A DNA stretch of 64,000 bases from Vicingaceae bacterium (GTDB lineage: Bacteria > Bacteroidota > Bacteroidia > Flavobacteriales_E > Vicingaceae), in contig JAVVER010000001.1 of the NCBI GenBank assembly GCA_032251145.1, positions 17,629-81,628 on the forward strand, in the 5' to 3' direction. Both the position numbers and the translations under genes were made by a program. This document shows, piece after piece, positions 36,884-46,603 of the stretch. The notes under the pieces are model-generated. The model made no database searches. It saw nothing but the letters and a program-made list of their open reading frames with translations, and was not told where the DNA came from. Within the stretch, counting starts at the first letter, position 1; every line of letters starts with the position of its first letter.

Positions 36884-39800
36884 ATTAAAAGATTTTCCGA
36901 GACTAAACAATACAAAAACATTTTCTTCGTCAGAATGAGCTACCGATAAATTAAAAGTAAACTGTTCGTCTAAAAATCCCCAATAAATTCCACCACCGTA
37001 GGCACTGTGCCATTTGTTGGACAAATCTAAATCATCATAAATTCTACCGGTATCAAAAAAAGCTTTTATTCCCATTTTCATGGGTAAAAATGAAGTGGTA
37101 AAGTTAGCCAATTGTATGCGTAGTTCATTGTTTAAAAACAGGGTAGATTTCCCTGTAAATCTGTTTCTTCTAAACCCTCGCAAATTGTTGTTGCTACCCA
37201 AAAAAACCATATTGTAAAAAGGAATGTTTCCTTCGCTTATGGAACCTCCAGCTTTTGTGGCTAAAGTGATGGGAGATGGAATTCTTGCAGTTAAATAATG
37301 TTCTATAAATCCTTTAAAAATGTGGTAATCGGTTTTTTCGGAAACTACTTGTCCGTTTTGGTATTCGCTAACCAGTCGAACTCCCGACTCTGGAAGGTTA
37401 GAACGGTCTCTAAAATCTAAATCTAATCCTGCGGTGCTAACAATAATATCATTTCCTCTTGTTCCAAAAATGAGTGAAGAACTGTTTTCATCGGTTGCAG
37501 TAAAAAGTGTATTATCAGAAATTTGTGCAGAGTTGTACTCGTATTGAGTGGAGATATAAAAACTGCTTTTTTTACGAAAATCTCTAATTAAACCAAGGTG
37601 TGCCGAATAAGTGTTGTAAGTGGTTTTGTAATAATCAGCCGCACTCAAACTATCATCCTTTACCGTGTTGTTTCCTAAACCATAAAAGCTAGTTAGTTTG
37701 TTGTGGTTAGCTACTAACCCACCAACATTTACATCCCATTTGTGTAATACATGTCGGAACCTGCTGCTGTATTCAAAAATATTATTTTGTTCGGTGCTTA
37801 CTTCTAAATTAAATTTGTGCTTGGTAGAATAATCGGTGTTTTTGTAGTTTTCCCGTTGAGTAAAAACAACTCCTACACTAGTTCCAAAGCCATTGTCGGC
37901 ATTGTAGTTAAGCGAAAACAAAGGTAAATACCTGTTGTATTTAAATTTGGTGGGTTGGAAATCGTATAAATCTTCATTCCAAGTATTTATTTGCTTTGCT
38001 TCTGTTCCTAAAAACGAGTTTTCGTTAGTAGATTTCTCATAAACATAGGTTTGTTTACCAAGTGTTTTTACAGAAGAGCTATCCAAAATAACATCATCAC
38101 CTTTTCCGCCAACAATAATGATGGGTATGGATTTTTTCGCTTTACCTTTTAGCACAAAAATATCTTTACTGCCTAATCCATAAAGTCTAATTTCTTTGGT
38201 TTCTGATGGAAAAAATGTACGATGATAAAGTTGTTTCGTGCCTTTATGATGATTATCAACATCAAATATCCCAACATCAACCGTACCTGACGGATTTCTA
38301 GTAATTTCAAAAAATTCTTTTTCGTTCGTTCCAACAACATCTACTTGTTTGGCTAAAAGAAGATAATATTCTTCGGCATATTTATCCAAATCTTTTATTC
38401 TACTTTTTAATTTTTCGGCTATGGTTTTTCCCGATAGTTCATAAATTTCTTTGGGCAATGTTTGAGCAGCAATATCAATTAAACTATCGTTTAGCGAATG
38501 TTGAATGTAATCGCTTGCTTCCAGCCAATCTTTTCGGGTCATTTCGTTGGTTAACAACCTATCTTGTGGGGTTGCTACAAACATCAAACTTTTAACATCA
38601 TTAATTTTATATCCAAAATTTTCTCCTGCTTCTAGTATCCATTTTCTATCTAACAACCAAGGAATTATTCCATCCCATTGAACAAAAACTAGATCTCTAT
38701 CTCTTGGAATTGGTCGATAAAAAACGCCTGTATCGGTTTTGTAACCTGCCCATTTCCAATTGTCTTGATGTTTACCATGGTCGCCCACCAAAATATCAAA
38801 AACCCTGGCTTTGGTATATTCTTTTGCATCAATTTTATGATTTTGCTTGTCGTAGCGTTTTTTGTTTAACTCATGACTTTGGAGCAAGTAATCAGCATTA
38901 GCGAAAGCATTTTTTATCTTTTTAGGATTTTTTTGGTGATCTTCTAACGTACCTAACATTCCGCTATATTTATTGTAAATACCCAATTTAGGATGAGAAG
39001 GCAATACAAAAAGCTCAGGCTGAGCATGCAAAATAGAAGTGTTATCTAATAGTTTGCTTACAATTAATCCTCCGTAAGGATGCTGCATAGAAACATTATC
39101 TTGCAATTGGCGAGCTAATAAGGAGTGTTTTAGTTCGGCACTTAATCCTCTGGTAGCATCTTTATTTACCGAACGAAAAGTATAAGCAAAACCATCATTT
39201 CCAATCATTTTTACAGAAGTGGTTTGGTGTCCGCCACCTCTGTCGTAAGCAACTAATCCGTTTTTGGTGGTATCCATGTTTAAAATGGGCACTTCAACAA
39301 AAGTATTCCAACTTTTACGGTAATGTGTTCCTATAATAAACTTTCTAAAACGAGAGGCGTCATAATTTCCTGCATTAACTAAAGCTACATCTTCATTTTC
39401 AGGAAAATAAGTAGAAGACACATCTTTTAAACAACTTTTGTTGGCATAGTTTTCAGGAATGTCGTTTTTGCTCGAATCTAAAAGCGATTTGTAAAGCATT
39501 ACGCTTTTATCTAGCTCAAATTTTTCGTTTGTATAGTGGTAATTATGACTAACCACCGAGCCATCAATATTGTAATTTACTTTAGTGATGCTTGGTTTAG
39601 AAGTAGAATAAACGGCAAACCTTGTTTTTCTACCTTTTTTAGATGATTCTGGTAAACCGTTATTGATAAAATAGTTGTCAAAATCCTTAATTATTTGCGT
39701 GTTGTATTCGTGTGCCGAAAAATAAATTACCCCACTTTTTACCGACATCCTATTTAAAATTTTTTCTCTTATGGGATTAAAATGGGAGTTAATGATGTCT

Positions 39801-40525
39801 TTTTTTCCTCCAATATTTTGATGGTAATAGGTTTTAAAACTTCCATAAACAGGTGGAAATAAATGATTTGTAAAAGGCAGGTTTCCTTGTTCTACTAAAG
39901 GGAAATGCCCGGCTATAATTAAGTTTTTATCTTCGGTTTCTGCCAAGGCATTTTCTATCTCAATAATAAAATCTTTGGGGGTGTTTATATCGCAATTGGC
40001 ATTTACTACTTCTGGTTTTTTATAAGGATGATTCCACCATTGGGTATTGATTACCATCAACAACAAATTACTATCTAGCTCAATAAGTTCTGGACCGGGA
40101 CAACCCTTATCCAACACCCATTTAATGTTTTTAAATCCTTTGTATTCAACTAAATTTTCTAAGTATTTCACTTTTTTAATTCCTTTTTTACCCGAGTTAT
40201 CCCAATCTCTATCGCCAGCAACAACAATGGTTTGTGTGTTTGGAATTCCAGACAATTCGTTCAAAAAATTATACAACGGTAAGGAATCATTTTTTAAAAA
40301 TGCTGAACCATTTTTTTTGATTAAATCGCCATTTAAGATTAAAAGGGCAGGTAATTTTTCTTGAGCAATCAATGTTTTTAAAGCTGCTGCATAAGTAGGT
40401 TTATTTTTAATATCAACCACATTACCGATATTAATTACCTGATAATAAGGAACAACTTCAGTACTTTGCGAAAAAATACTTTTAGCAAAAAGGGATAGCA
40501 GCAATATTATAAAAAGTTGTTTCAT
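36881..40525 (-). CDS. giant OM protein, paralog 2: degenerate metallophosphoesterase + DRHxDNW-like module + Omp85-type barrel
   Basis: Same layout as paralog 3, but with motifs GDRDW, GHFP, AHEY and GDHGKHQDNWKW. The track start at 40543 lies inside a repeat, so I prefer ATG at 40525 (MKQLFIILLLSLF signal peptide). Confidence 0.75.
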   Translation of the reverse strand: MKQLFIILLLSLFAKSIFSQSTEVVPYYQVINIGNVVDIKNKPTYAAALKTLIAQEKLPALLILNGDLIKKNGSAFLKNDSLPLYNFLNELSGIPNTQTIVVAGDRDWDNSGKKGIKKVKYLENLVEYKGFKNIKWVLDKGCPGPELIELDSNLLLMVINTQWWNHPYKKPEVVNANCDINTPKDFIIEIENALAETEDKNLIIAGHFPLVEQGNLPFTNHLFPPVYGSFKTYYHQNIGGKKDIINSHFNPIREKILNRMSVKSGVIYFSAHEYNTQIIKDFDNYFINNGLPESSKKGRKTRFAVYSTSKPSITKVNYNIDGSVVSHNYHYTNEKFELDKSVMLYKSLLDSSKNDIPENYANKSCLKDVSSTYFPENEDVALVNAGNYDASRFRKFIIGTHYRKSWNTFVEVPILNMDTTKNGLVAYDRGGGHQTTSVKMIGNDGFAYTFRSVNKDATRGLSAELKHSLLARQLQDNVSMQHPYGGLIVSKLLDNTSILHAQPELFVLPSHPKLGIYNKYSGMLGTLEDHQKNPKKIKNAFANADYLLQSHELNKKRYDKQNHKIDAKEYTKARVFDILVGDHGKHQDNWKWAGYKTDTGVFYRPIPRDRDLVFVQWDGIIPWLLDRKWILEAGENFGYKINDVKSLMFVATPQDRLLTNEMTRKDWLEASDYIQHSLNDSLIDIAAQTLPKEIYELSGKTIAEKLKSRIKDLDKYAEEYYLLLAKQVDVVGTNEKEFFEITRNPSGTVDVGIFDVDNHHKGTKQLYHRTFFPSETKEIRLYGLGSKDIFVLKGKAKKSIPIIIVGGKGDDVILDSSSVKTLGKQTYVYEKSTNENSFLGTEAKQINTWNEDLYDFQPTKFKYNRYLPLFSLNYNADNGFGTSVGVVFTQRENYKNTDYSTKHKFNLEVSTEQNNIFEYSSRFRHVLHKWDVNVGGLVANHNKLTSFYGLGNNTVKDDSLSAADYYKTTYNTYSAHLGLIRDFRKKSSFYISTQYEYNSAQISDNTLFTATDENSSSLIFGTRGNDIIVSTAGLDLDFRDRSNLPESGVRLVSEYQNGQVVSEKTDYHIFKGFIEHYLTARIPSPITLATKAGGSISEGNIPFYNMVFLGSNNNLRGFRRNRFTGKSTLFLNNELRIQLANFTTSFLPMKMGIKAFFDTGRIYDDLDLSNKWHSAYGGGIYWGFLDEQFTFNLSVAHSDEENVFVLFSLGKSFN

Positions 40526-40530
40526 TATTT

Positions 40531-40680
40531 GTTTTTCTATCATTAAGGCATTAAGGTTATTAAGTGTTTGTTCTTAATGTTTCTTAACTTCTTAATGGTT
40601 TAATTATTTGTTTACTATTTTTTTCCACCATTAAGGCATTAAGTTTATTAAGGTTTTTTTCTTAATTCGTAATTCTCAAA
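40531..40680 (-). repeat. two tandem copies (R5, R6) of the TTAAG/CTTAA intergenic repeat
   Basis: 40531-40613 and about 40614-40680. Both contain CATTAAGGCATTAAG(G/T)TTATTAAGG, the reverse complement of the conserved right half. Confidence 0.75.
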
Positions 40681-40688
40681 TCGTACAT

Positions 40689-43600
40689 TTATATGATTAA
40701 TCCCAGTCCAATTTTTAAGAAAGCCTTTTGCTCATCAGAATATTCTACATTAACTTGTATGGTTATGTAATCTTTACTGATGGGTGTTAAATAAATTCCT
40801 CCGCCATAACCGTTGTGCCATTTTTTTTCTGTGAAGCTTTCATTTTCAACTATCTGACCAACATCTAAAAACGCATTTAAGCCGTAATACATAGGCAAAA
40901 AGCTCGATTTACTTTTTCCTAAATGGAAACGCAAATCGGTATTAACATAGTTGGTTGCCTCACCCGAAAACCGATTTTGTAAATATCCACGCAAGTGATA
41001 CGATTGCCCTATGCTGGCTAAATGATAAAAAGGAATGTTTTTGCCAAAAGTTCTTTCTGTTCCAGCTTTAACACCGAGTGTAATAGGAATAACAATGCGT
41101 GTAGTACTGTAATAACTAATTTCTGCACTTGTTTTGCCAAATGCTTTAGACGTTGTAAAAAGCGATTTATTTTCTAAAGTAACCCGAATACCTTTAGTGG
41201 TAAAGCTTGGGCTATCTCTAAAATCGAGGTCGAATTTTATTTCTCCACCTGTAGCATTGGTTGGTTCTAATTGTGGATTAGGAAACACATCAAAAAACGA
41301 TTGGTCGGAATGTCCTTTACTCAATAATTCGCTAACTGCATTAAGGGATATAAAGCTTCTTCGTAAAAAACGATAGGTAATTCCTCCCTTTAAAATAGCA
41401 CCTTGATACCTGGCTTTGTAATACCCTGCATCTTCCAGCGAATCTACTAAAACGGTTTTGTTGCCTACGCCATAAAAACTATAAAAAGGAAAGAAAGCAC
41501 CTAACTCAGCATTTCCGTTGAGGTAAAAATCGGAGTTACCAATATTTCTTTCAGTTTGCAAGGAAAAATAATTACTTCCGCCTGTGGTAGAAAATAGCTT
41601 CACATCGTGCAAGGTTTTGTATAATTTGTTGGCATAGCCAAAGCGTTTCATTTGCAAATTTATTCCACCACCAAAACCATCGTCAGGGTTTACTACTAAT
41701 AATGGAATTGGCAAGTAAGTATTGTATTTAAATGCGTCTTGATCAAATTCGTTTAACCTACTTTTTTCAGATAAAATGGTTCGAGTTTCTTTGCTTTTTT
41801 CGGTAAGCACATTGTTAGGATAATCGTAAATTAATGTTTTTTTAGTACCAAAACGCACGTTGGATTCGTCAATTACATTGTCATTACCATCGCCTCCCAT
41901 AATTCTTACTAAAATACTCTTGTTGCTTGTTCCATATACATAAAAACTATCGGCTTTAGCTAACCCAAACAAACGAATTTCTTTGGTTTCGTTAGGATAA
42001 AAAGTTCTGTTTAATAACACATTAGAAGTATCTTCTTTAGCGTACATACTCACTTCAACAGCTCCTGAAGGTAACCGATTTATCTTAAAAAACTCTGCTT
42101 TATTGGTGCCAACAATGTCAACTTCTTTAGAAAGTAACAAGTAATGTTTTTCTACAGCTTTATTTAATTCTGTTTTTCGTTTCTTCAATTTTTCGGCAAT
42201 TTCTTTTCCCGATTTTTCTTGCAGCGGCTCAGGAAAAGCAAGTTTGGCATCATCAATAACTTCGTCAGTAATTTGTGCATTAATGGTTTTAGCAGCTTTT
42301 AGCCAAGCTTGTTTATCCATACCCGATAAAAGCAGCCTATCTAAATGAGAACCTTTAATGGTTAAGCTTTTTATGCCAGTAAAGTGGTTGTTAAAATTTT
42401 CCCGAAAAGGAATTGCCCAATCTCTATCAGCCAAATAATAAAAGAAGCCATTCATTCTTGAAAAAGCGTGGTCTCTATCTTTCGGGTAAGGTTTGTAGGT
42501 GGTAATGCCTTGTTCGTTTTTATAGCCTATCCATTTCCAATTGTCTTGATGCCTGTCCCAATCGCCAATTAAAATATCAACAACTCTGGCTTCGGCATAT
42601 TGCATGGTATCAATATTGGTTTTTGGCGATTTATAAATTTTTTGAAGTAAACTCAAACTGCTTTTCACTTGGTCGGCTTGTTGGTAGCTTTTTGTTATAT
42701 CGTCTAATTCGGTAGGTTTGGGTTCTAACATTCCATACATTCCCGAAAACTGACTTCTAAAATCACCTAATTTTTCTGAGTCGGGCATAATGTAAAGTTT
42801 AGGAGTACCGTGATAAAGATTGGTTGCGTCTAGCAACTTTGCAACAAACAATGCACCGTATGGATGTTGAGTGGCAGTCATATCTTGCATAATGTTTGCC
42901 ACTAAATCAATCCGCAATTCAAAAGGAATGGCTTTTATGGGGGTTTTGTCGATAGAACGGAAAGCATATTTTCTTCCATCTTTATCAACAAATTGAAGCG
43001 AAATGGTTTGTAAACCACCTCCTTTTTTTAGAGGAGTAAGTCCGCCAAAGGTGGTGTCTAAATCAAGTGTTGGAATAGTTACGGGTGTTGTCCACGCATC
43101 GCGATATAAAGAACCGAAAAAAAGTTGTTTAAATTTTGATGCTTTGTAATCTCCTGCAACAATACTGTCGTTGGTAAAGTGTTTTAATTCGGCATTAGAT
43201 TTTATTTTATTTTTAAAAATATGTGTTTTCTTTTTACTTTCCAGCACAACACTTTTTGCTAACTCAAAGTTGTTTTCTTTTTTATCTAACACAAAAAACT
43301 TACTTACAATTGGCGTATTTTTTTGAATTTCTAACTTAACAAAACCAGTATTGTTGGTTTTAAAAATGGTGTTTTCTAAAGCACTAACTTGAGCACTTTT
43401 TACCAAGTTTCCTGAAATGATTTGATAGTTATAGTTCAAATTTAGCAACTGCATATCGTATTCGTGAGCCGAGCACATCACTACATTTTCGTGTTTTAAT
43501 AATACATCTTTAATTTCTTTGATGTAAAGCTGATATTGGTCGTTGCTTAAATCTTGAACAGAACCTATATTTTGACGATAGCAATGATAAAACGTACCAT

Positions 43601-44336
43601 ATAAAGGAATGAAAGTTTTATTATCAGGGTCGCTATGCGAAAACGGGAAAAATTGCCCCATAAAATTGGAGTTGCCACCATAAACTCCACCCGAAGTAAC
43701 GGGATGATGTGTTATAAAAATTACCTTTCTGTTTCCAGCATTTTCTATAGCAGCATCTAGTTCGTCTAAAATTTCAATTTTTAAAATCTCTTTACATTCA
43801 GAATCTATAGGAAGCACTTTTCGGTAAGGGTGTAGCCACCACTGAGAGTTAATGGCAATTATTCTAATATCATCTCCAATATCTTTTACATAAGGTCCTG
43901 GACAATCATTTTTTGGAAAAAAGATATTTTCGCCAAGTAGTTTTTTATAGGATTTCTGTAACGAACTTACTGTGTCTAAACCGTAATAACCAGAATTATC
44001 CCAATCTAAATCTCCAGTAACGGCTATGATTTCTGCCCCTTTTTCTTTTACTTTTTTAAGAAAATCGGATAGTATTTTGGTGTTTTCGGGCAAATCTTGA
44101 CGAACATCTCCTAAAAGCAGTAGTGTGAAAGGTTTTCCGTTTTGTTCTTGATGTAAAAAGCCTTCAAATTGTGTTAATCTTTCGGGGAGTTTAGTTCCAT
44201 TAAGATTACCTAAAACATAAATGTTGTTTTGAGCAATAACCAAATTTATAGATAGTATTAATACTACAAAGCTTAGTAAAAAGTGATGCAATTTATGAAT
44301 TACATTAATATTAATTTTGAAAGCAGAATTCTTCAT
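40689..44336 (-). CDS. giant OM protein, paralog 1: degenerate metallophosphoesterase + DRHxDNW module + Omp85-type barrel
   Basis: 1215 aa with a signal peptide. GDLDW, THHP, AHEY. LIGDWDRHQDNWKW and PKDRDHAF. C-terminus RGYLQNRFSG ... GGGIYL. Its ATG overlaps the stop of the upstream PAP2_3 gene (TAATG). Confidence 0.75.
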   Translation of the reverse strand: MKNSAFKININVIHKLHHFLLSFVVLILSINLVIAQNNIYVLGNLNGTKLPERLTQFEGFLHQEQNGKPFTLLLLGDVRQDLPENTKILSDFLKKVKEKGAEIIAVTGDLDWDNSGYYGLDTVSSLQKSYKKLLGENIFFPKNDCPGPYVKDIGDDIRIIAINSQWWLHPYRKVLPIDSECKEILKIEILDELDAAIENAGNRKVIFITHHPVTSGGVYGGNSNFMGQFFPFSHSDPDNKTFIPLYGTFYHCYRQNIGSVQDLSNDQYQLYIKEIKDVLLKHENVVMCSAHEYDMQLLNLNYNYQIISGNLVKSAQVSALENTIFKTNNTGFVKLEIQKNTPIVSKFFVLDKKENNFELAKSVVLESKKKTHIFKNKIKSNAELKHFTNDSIVAGDYKASKFKQLFFGSLYRDAWTTPVTIPTLDLDTTFGGLTPLKKGGGLQTISLQFVDKDGRKYAFRSIDKTPIKAIPFELRIDLVANIMQDMTATQHPYGALFVAKLLDATNLYHGTPKLYIMPDSEKLGDFRSQFSGMYGMLEPKPTELDDITKSYQQADQVKSSLSLLQKIYKSPKTNIDTMQYAEARVVDILIGDWDRHQDNWKWIGYKNEQGITTYKPYPKDRDHAFSRMNGFFYYLADRDWAIPFRENFNNHFTGIKSLTIKGSHLDRLLLSGMDKQAWLKAAKTINAQITDEVIDDAKLAFPEPLQEKSGKEIAEKLKKRKTELNKAVEKHYLLLSKEVDIVGTNKAEFFKINRLPSGAVEVSMYAKEDTSNVLLNRTFYPNETKEIRLFGLAKADSFYVYGTSNKSILVRIMGGDGNDNVIDESNVRFGTKKTLIYDYPNNVLTEKSKETRTILSEKSRLNEFDQDAFKYNTYLPIPLLVVNPDDGFGGGINLQMKRFGYANKLYKTLHDVKLFSTTGGSNYFSLQTERNIGNSDFYLNGNAELGAFFPFYSFYGVGNKTVLVDSLEDAGYYKARYQGAILKGGITYRFLRRSFISLNAVSELLSKGHSDQSFFDVFPNPQLEPTNATGGEIKFDLDFRDSPSFTTKGIRVTLENKSLFTTSKAFGKTSAEISYYSTTRIVIPITLGVKAGTERTFGKNIPFYHLASIGQSYHLRGYLQNRFSGEATNYVNTDLRFHLGKSKSSFLPMYYGLNAFLDVGQIVENESFTEKKWHNGYGGGIYLTPISKDYITIQVNVEYSDEQKAFLKIGLGLII

Positions 44337-45133
44337 TAGGATATTTTTCTTAACCCGAGTTTGCTTGAATTTACAAGCTGTAAATTTATCACTTTAACTT
44401 TCTTAGCTAGGTATAAAAAAGGATATGGTAAGAGCACTACAATTCCTCCTACAATAGCATCCATAAAAAAATGATTGCCGGTAACAACTATTACCAAAAG
44501 CACAAATATAGGGTAAAGGAGCAACAACCAAGTAGTAATTTTATTTTTAGTTAAAAAAGCAACAACAACACCAATAAGCAAAGCATTTCCAAAGTGCATG
44601 GATGGTACTGCGGCATATTGATTAAATAATCCAGAAAAAACACCCGAATAAAGATTTACATCACTTATTTTAAGTAAGGTATCGGTAAAACCAATATCAT
44701 TCAACATTCTGGGAGGGGCACACGGAAAATTAACATAAAAATACAAGGTAAGTGTATTGGCTAGTAAAAAGCCATTTCTCACAAATTTATAGTGAGTCTT
44801 TTTTTGATGATACAGCCAAACGAAAAAAGCTATAGTAATCGGTAAATGAGCTGTTACGTAAAATTTATTTAATATGGTTACTAATAAATGAGAATTAAGA
44901 AAATATTGTTGAATATCAATTTCATAAAAGATGCCTAACATCATTTCAATGTCCACTAAAAAATGAGCATTATGAAAAGCAGTTTGCTCATCACCAATGG
45001 CAAAATACCTAGATATTTTATAAAAGACCAAAAACAATAAAAAAATTAGTAACTCCTTTAATCCTTTATTTTTCAAAGATAAATACAAATATTTTGAATA
45101 GAATTCGTTGATGGTTTGATGTGAAAAAGTCAT
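44336..45133 (-). CDS. PAP2_3 (Aur1/inositol-phosphorylceramide synthase-like) membrane phospho-headgroup transferase
   Basis: AAVPSMHFG and TGNHFFMDAIVGG motifs, polytopic. The track start at 45316 would overlap the divergent gene at 45254, so I prefer ATG at 45133 (MTFSHQ). Confidence 0.65.
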   Translation of the reverse strand: MTFSHQTINEFYSKYLYLSLKNKGLKELLIFLLFLVFYKISRYFAIGDEQTAFHNAHFLVDIEMMLGIFYEIDIQQYFLNSHLLVTILNKFYVTAHLPITIAFFVWLYHQKKTHYKFVRNGFLLANTLTLYFYVNFPCAPPRMLNDIGFTDTLLKISDVNLYSGVFSGLFNQYAAVPSMHFGNALLIGVVVAFLTKNKITTWLLLLYPIFVLLVIVVTGNHFFMDAIVGGIVVLLPYPFLYLAKKVKVINLQLVNSSKLGLRKIS

Positions 45134-45253
45134 ATTAAATGCAAATAAATTTTTGAAAAGATAGACGATTGAAAATACTTTCCTGACATTAAAATCAAAT
45201 TTTGTAAGGTTTTCCGCTTTATTGCGACTAATTTTGGGAAACAAATTTTTTCT

Positions 45254-46603
45254 ATGAGTAAAGAACATATTGTCATTATTGGAAATGGTATTTCGGGAGT
45301 TTCTGCCGCACGTCATATCAGAAAGCTATCCGATAAAAAAATTACCATTATTTCTGCCGAAACTGATTACTTCTTTTCAAGAACAGCTTTGATGTATGTT
45401 TACATGGGACACATGAAGTTTGAACACACACAACCCTACGAACCTTGGTTTTGGAAGAAAAATAACATTGAGCTTAAAAAAGCTTTTGTGAAAACGGTTG
45501 ATACTGCAAACAAAACACTTGTTTTTGATACCGCTGAAACCATGAGTTATGATAAATTAATTATTGCTACGGGTTCAAAACCGAACAAATTTGGTTGGCC
45601 TGGACAAGATGCTGACGGGGTAATGGGCATGTATCATAAACAAGATTTAGAAAATTTAGAAAAATATGCTCCAAACAATAAAGCATGTAAAAGAGCGGTA
45701 ATTGTTGGCGGTGGATTAATAGGTATTGAACTAGCCGAAATGCTTGTTAGCCGAGCTATTCCCGTAACTTTTTTGGTAAGAGAAAACAGTTTTTGGAGCA
45801 AAGTACTTCCAAAAGAAGAATCAGCAATGATTAATAAACATATTCTTGAGCATCATATCGATTTACGGCTAAATACTAATCTTAAAGAAATTAAAGCTGA
45901 TGAAAACGGCAAAGTAAAATCCGTAATTATTGAAGAAACTGGTGAAGAACTGCCTTGCAATGTGGTTGGACTTACAGCTGGAGTTTCACCCAATATTGAT
46001 TTTTTAAAAGATTCGGGAATAACCTTAGGAAGAGGCGTCAAAGTAAACCGATTTTTAGAAACCAATGTGCCAGATGTTTTTGCTATTGGTGATTGTGCCG
46101 AACAACACGAACCTATTGGAGAAAGAAGAGCCATTGAAGCAGTTTGGTACACTGGAAGAATGATGGGTGAAACAGTAGCTCAAACCATTTGTGGAAATAA
46201 ATTGGCTTACCAACCCGGACATTGGTTTAATTCGGCTAAATTTTTAGATATTGAATATCAAACTTACGGTTGGGTATGGGCGGAACCTAAAGAAAACGAA
46301 AAACATTTTTATTGGGAACACGAAAGCGGTAAAAAATCTATTCGTTTGAGTTATGATAAAAACACCCACGAATTTATTGGTGTAAACAATTTTGGAATTA
46401 GAATGCGACACGAGTTCTTTGACAAAATGCTTACCGAAAAACAATCTGTGGAGTATGTGTTGGAACATTTAGCTGATGCCAACTTCGACCCCGAATTTTA
46501 CCAATTGCACGAGGCGGAAATTGTTGCCAAATTCAATAAAGAAAACAATACCAATATTACATTGAAAAAGAAAAATTGGAAACGAATTTTTTCGATGTCT
46601 TAA
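45254..46603 (+). CDS. NAD(P)/FAD-dependent (pyridine nucleotide-disulfide type) oxidoreductase
   Basis: Two Rossmann motifs (IVIIGNGISG, AVIVGGGLIGIE) and a GD motif (AIGDCAE). Confidence 0.8.
   Translation: MSKEHIVIIGNGISGVSAARHIRKLSDKKITIISAETDYFFSRTALMYVYMGHMKFEHTQPYEPWFWKKNNIELKKAFVKTVDTANKTLVFDTAETMSYDKLIIATGSKPNKFGWPGQDADGVMGMYHKQDLENLEKYAPNNKACKRAVIVGGGLIGIELAEMLVSRAIPVTFLVRENSFWSKVLPKEESAMINKHILEHHIDLRLNTNLKEIKADENGKVKSVIIEETGEELPCNVVGLTAGVSPNIDFLKDSGITLGRGVKVNRFLETNVPDVFAIGDCAEQHEPIGERRAIEAVWYTGRMMGETVAQTICGNKLAYQPGHWFNSAKFLDIEYQTYGWVWAEPKENEKHFYWEHESGKKSIRLSYDKNTHEFIGVNNFGIRMRHEFFDKMLTEKQSVEYVLEHLADANFDPEFYQLHEAEIVAKFNKENNTNITLKKKNWKRIFSMS

Noticed and set aside
40531-40680. The TTAAG/CTTAA repeats as a possible CRISPR array.
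   Set aside because: The units are 6-7 nt with 2-9-nt gaps, form inverted rather than direct 25-40-nt repeats, have no unique spacers and no cas genes nearby.
45134-45316. Long N-terminal extension of the PAP2_3 gene (track start 45316).
   Set aside because: It would overlap the divergent oxidoreductase gene start (45254) and remove any promoter region. The extension is basic and low-complexity, and the hydrophobic protein body starts at Met 45133.
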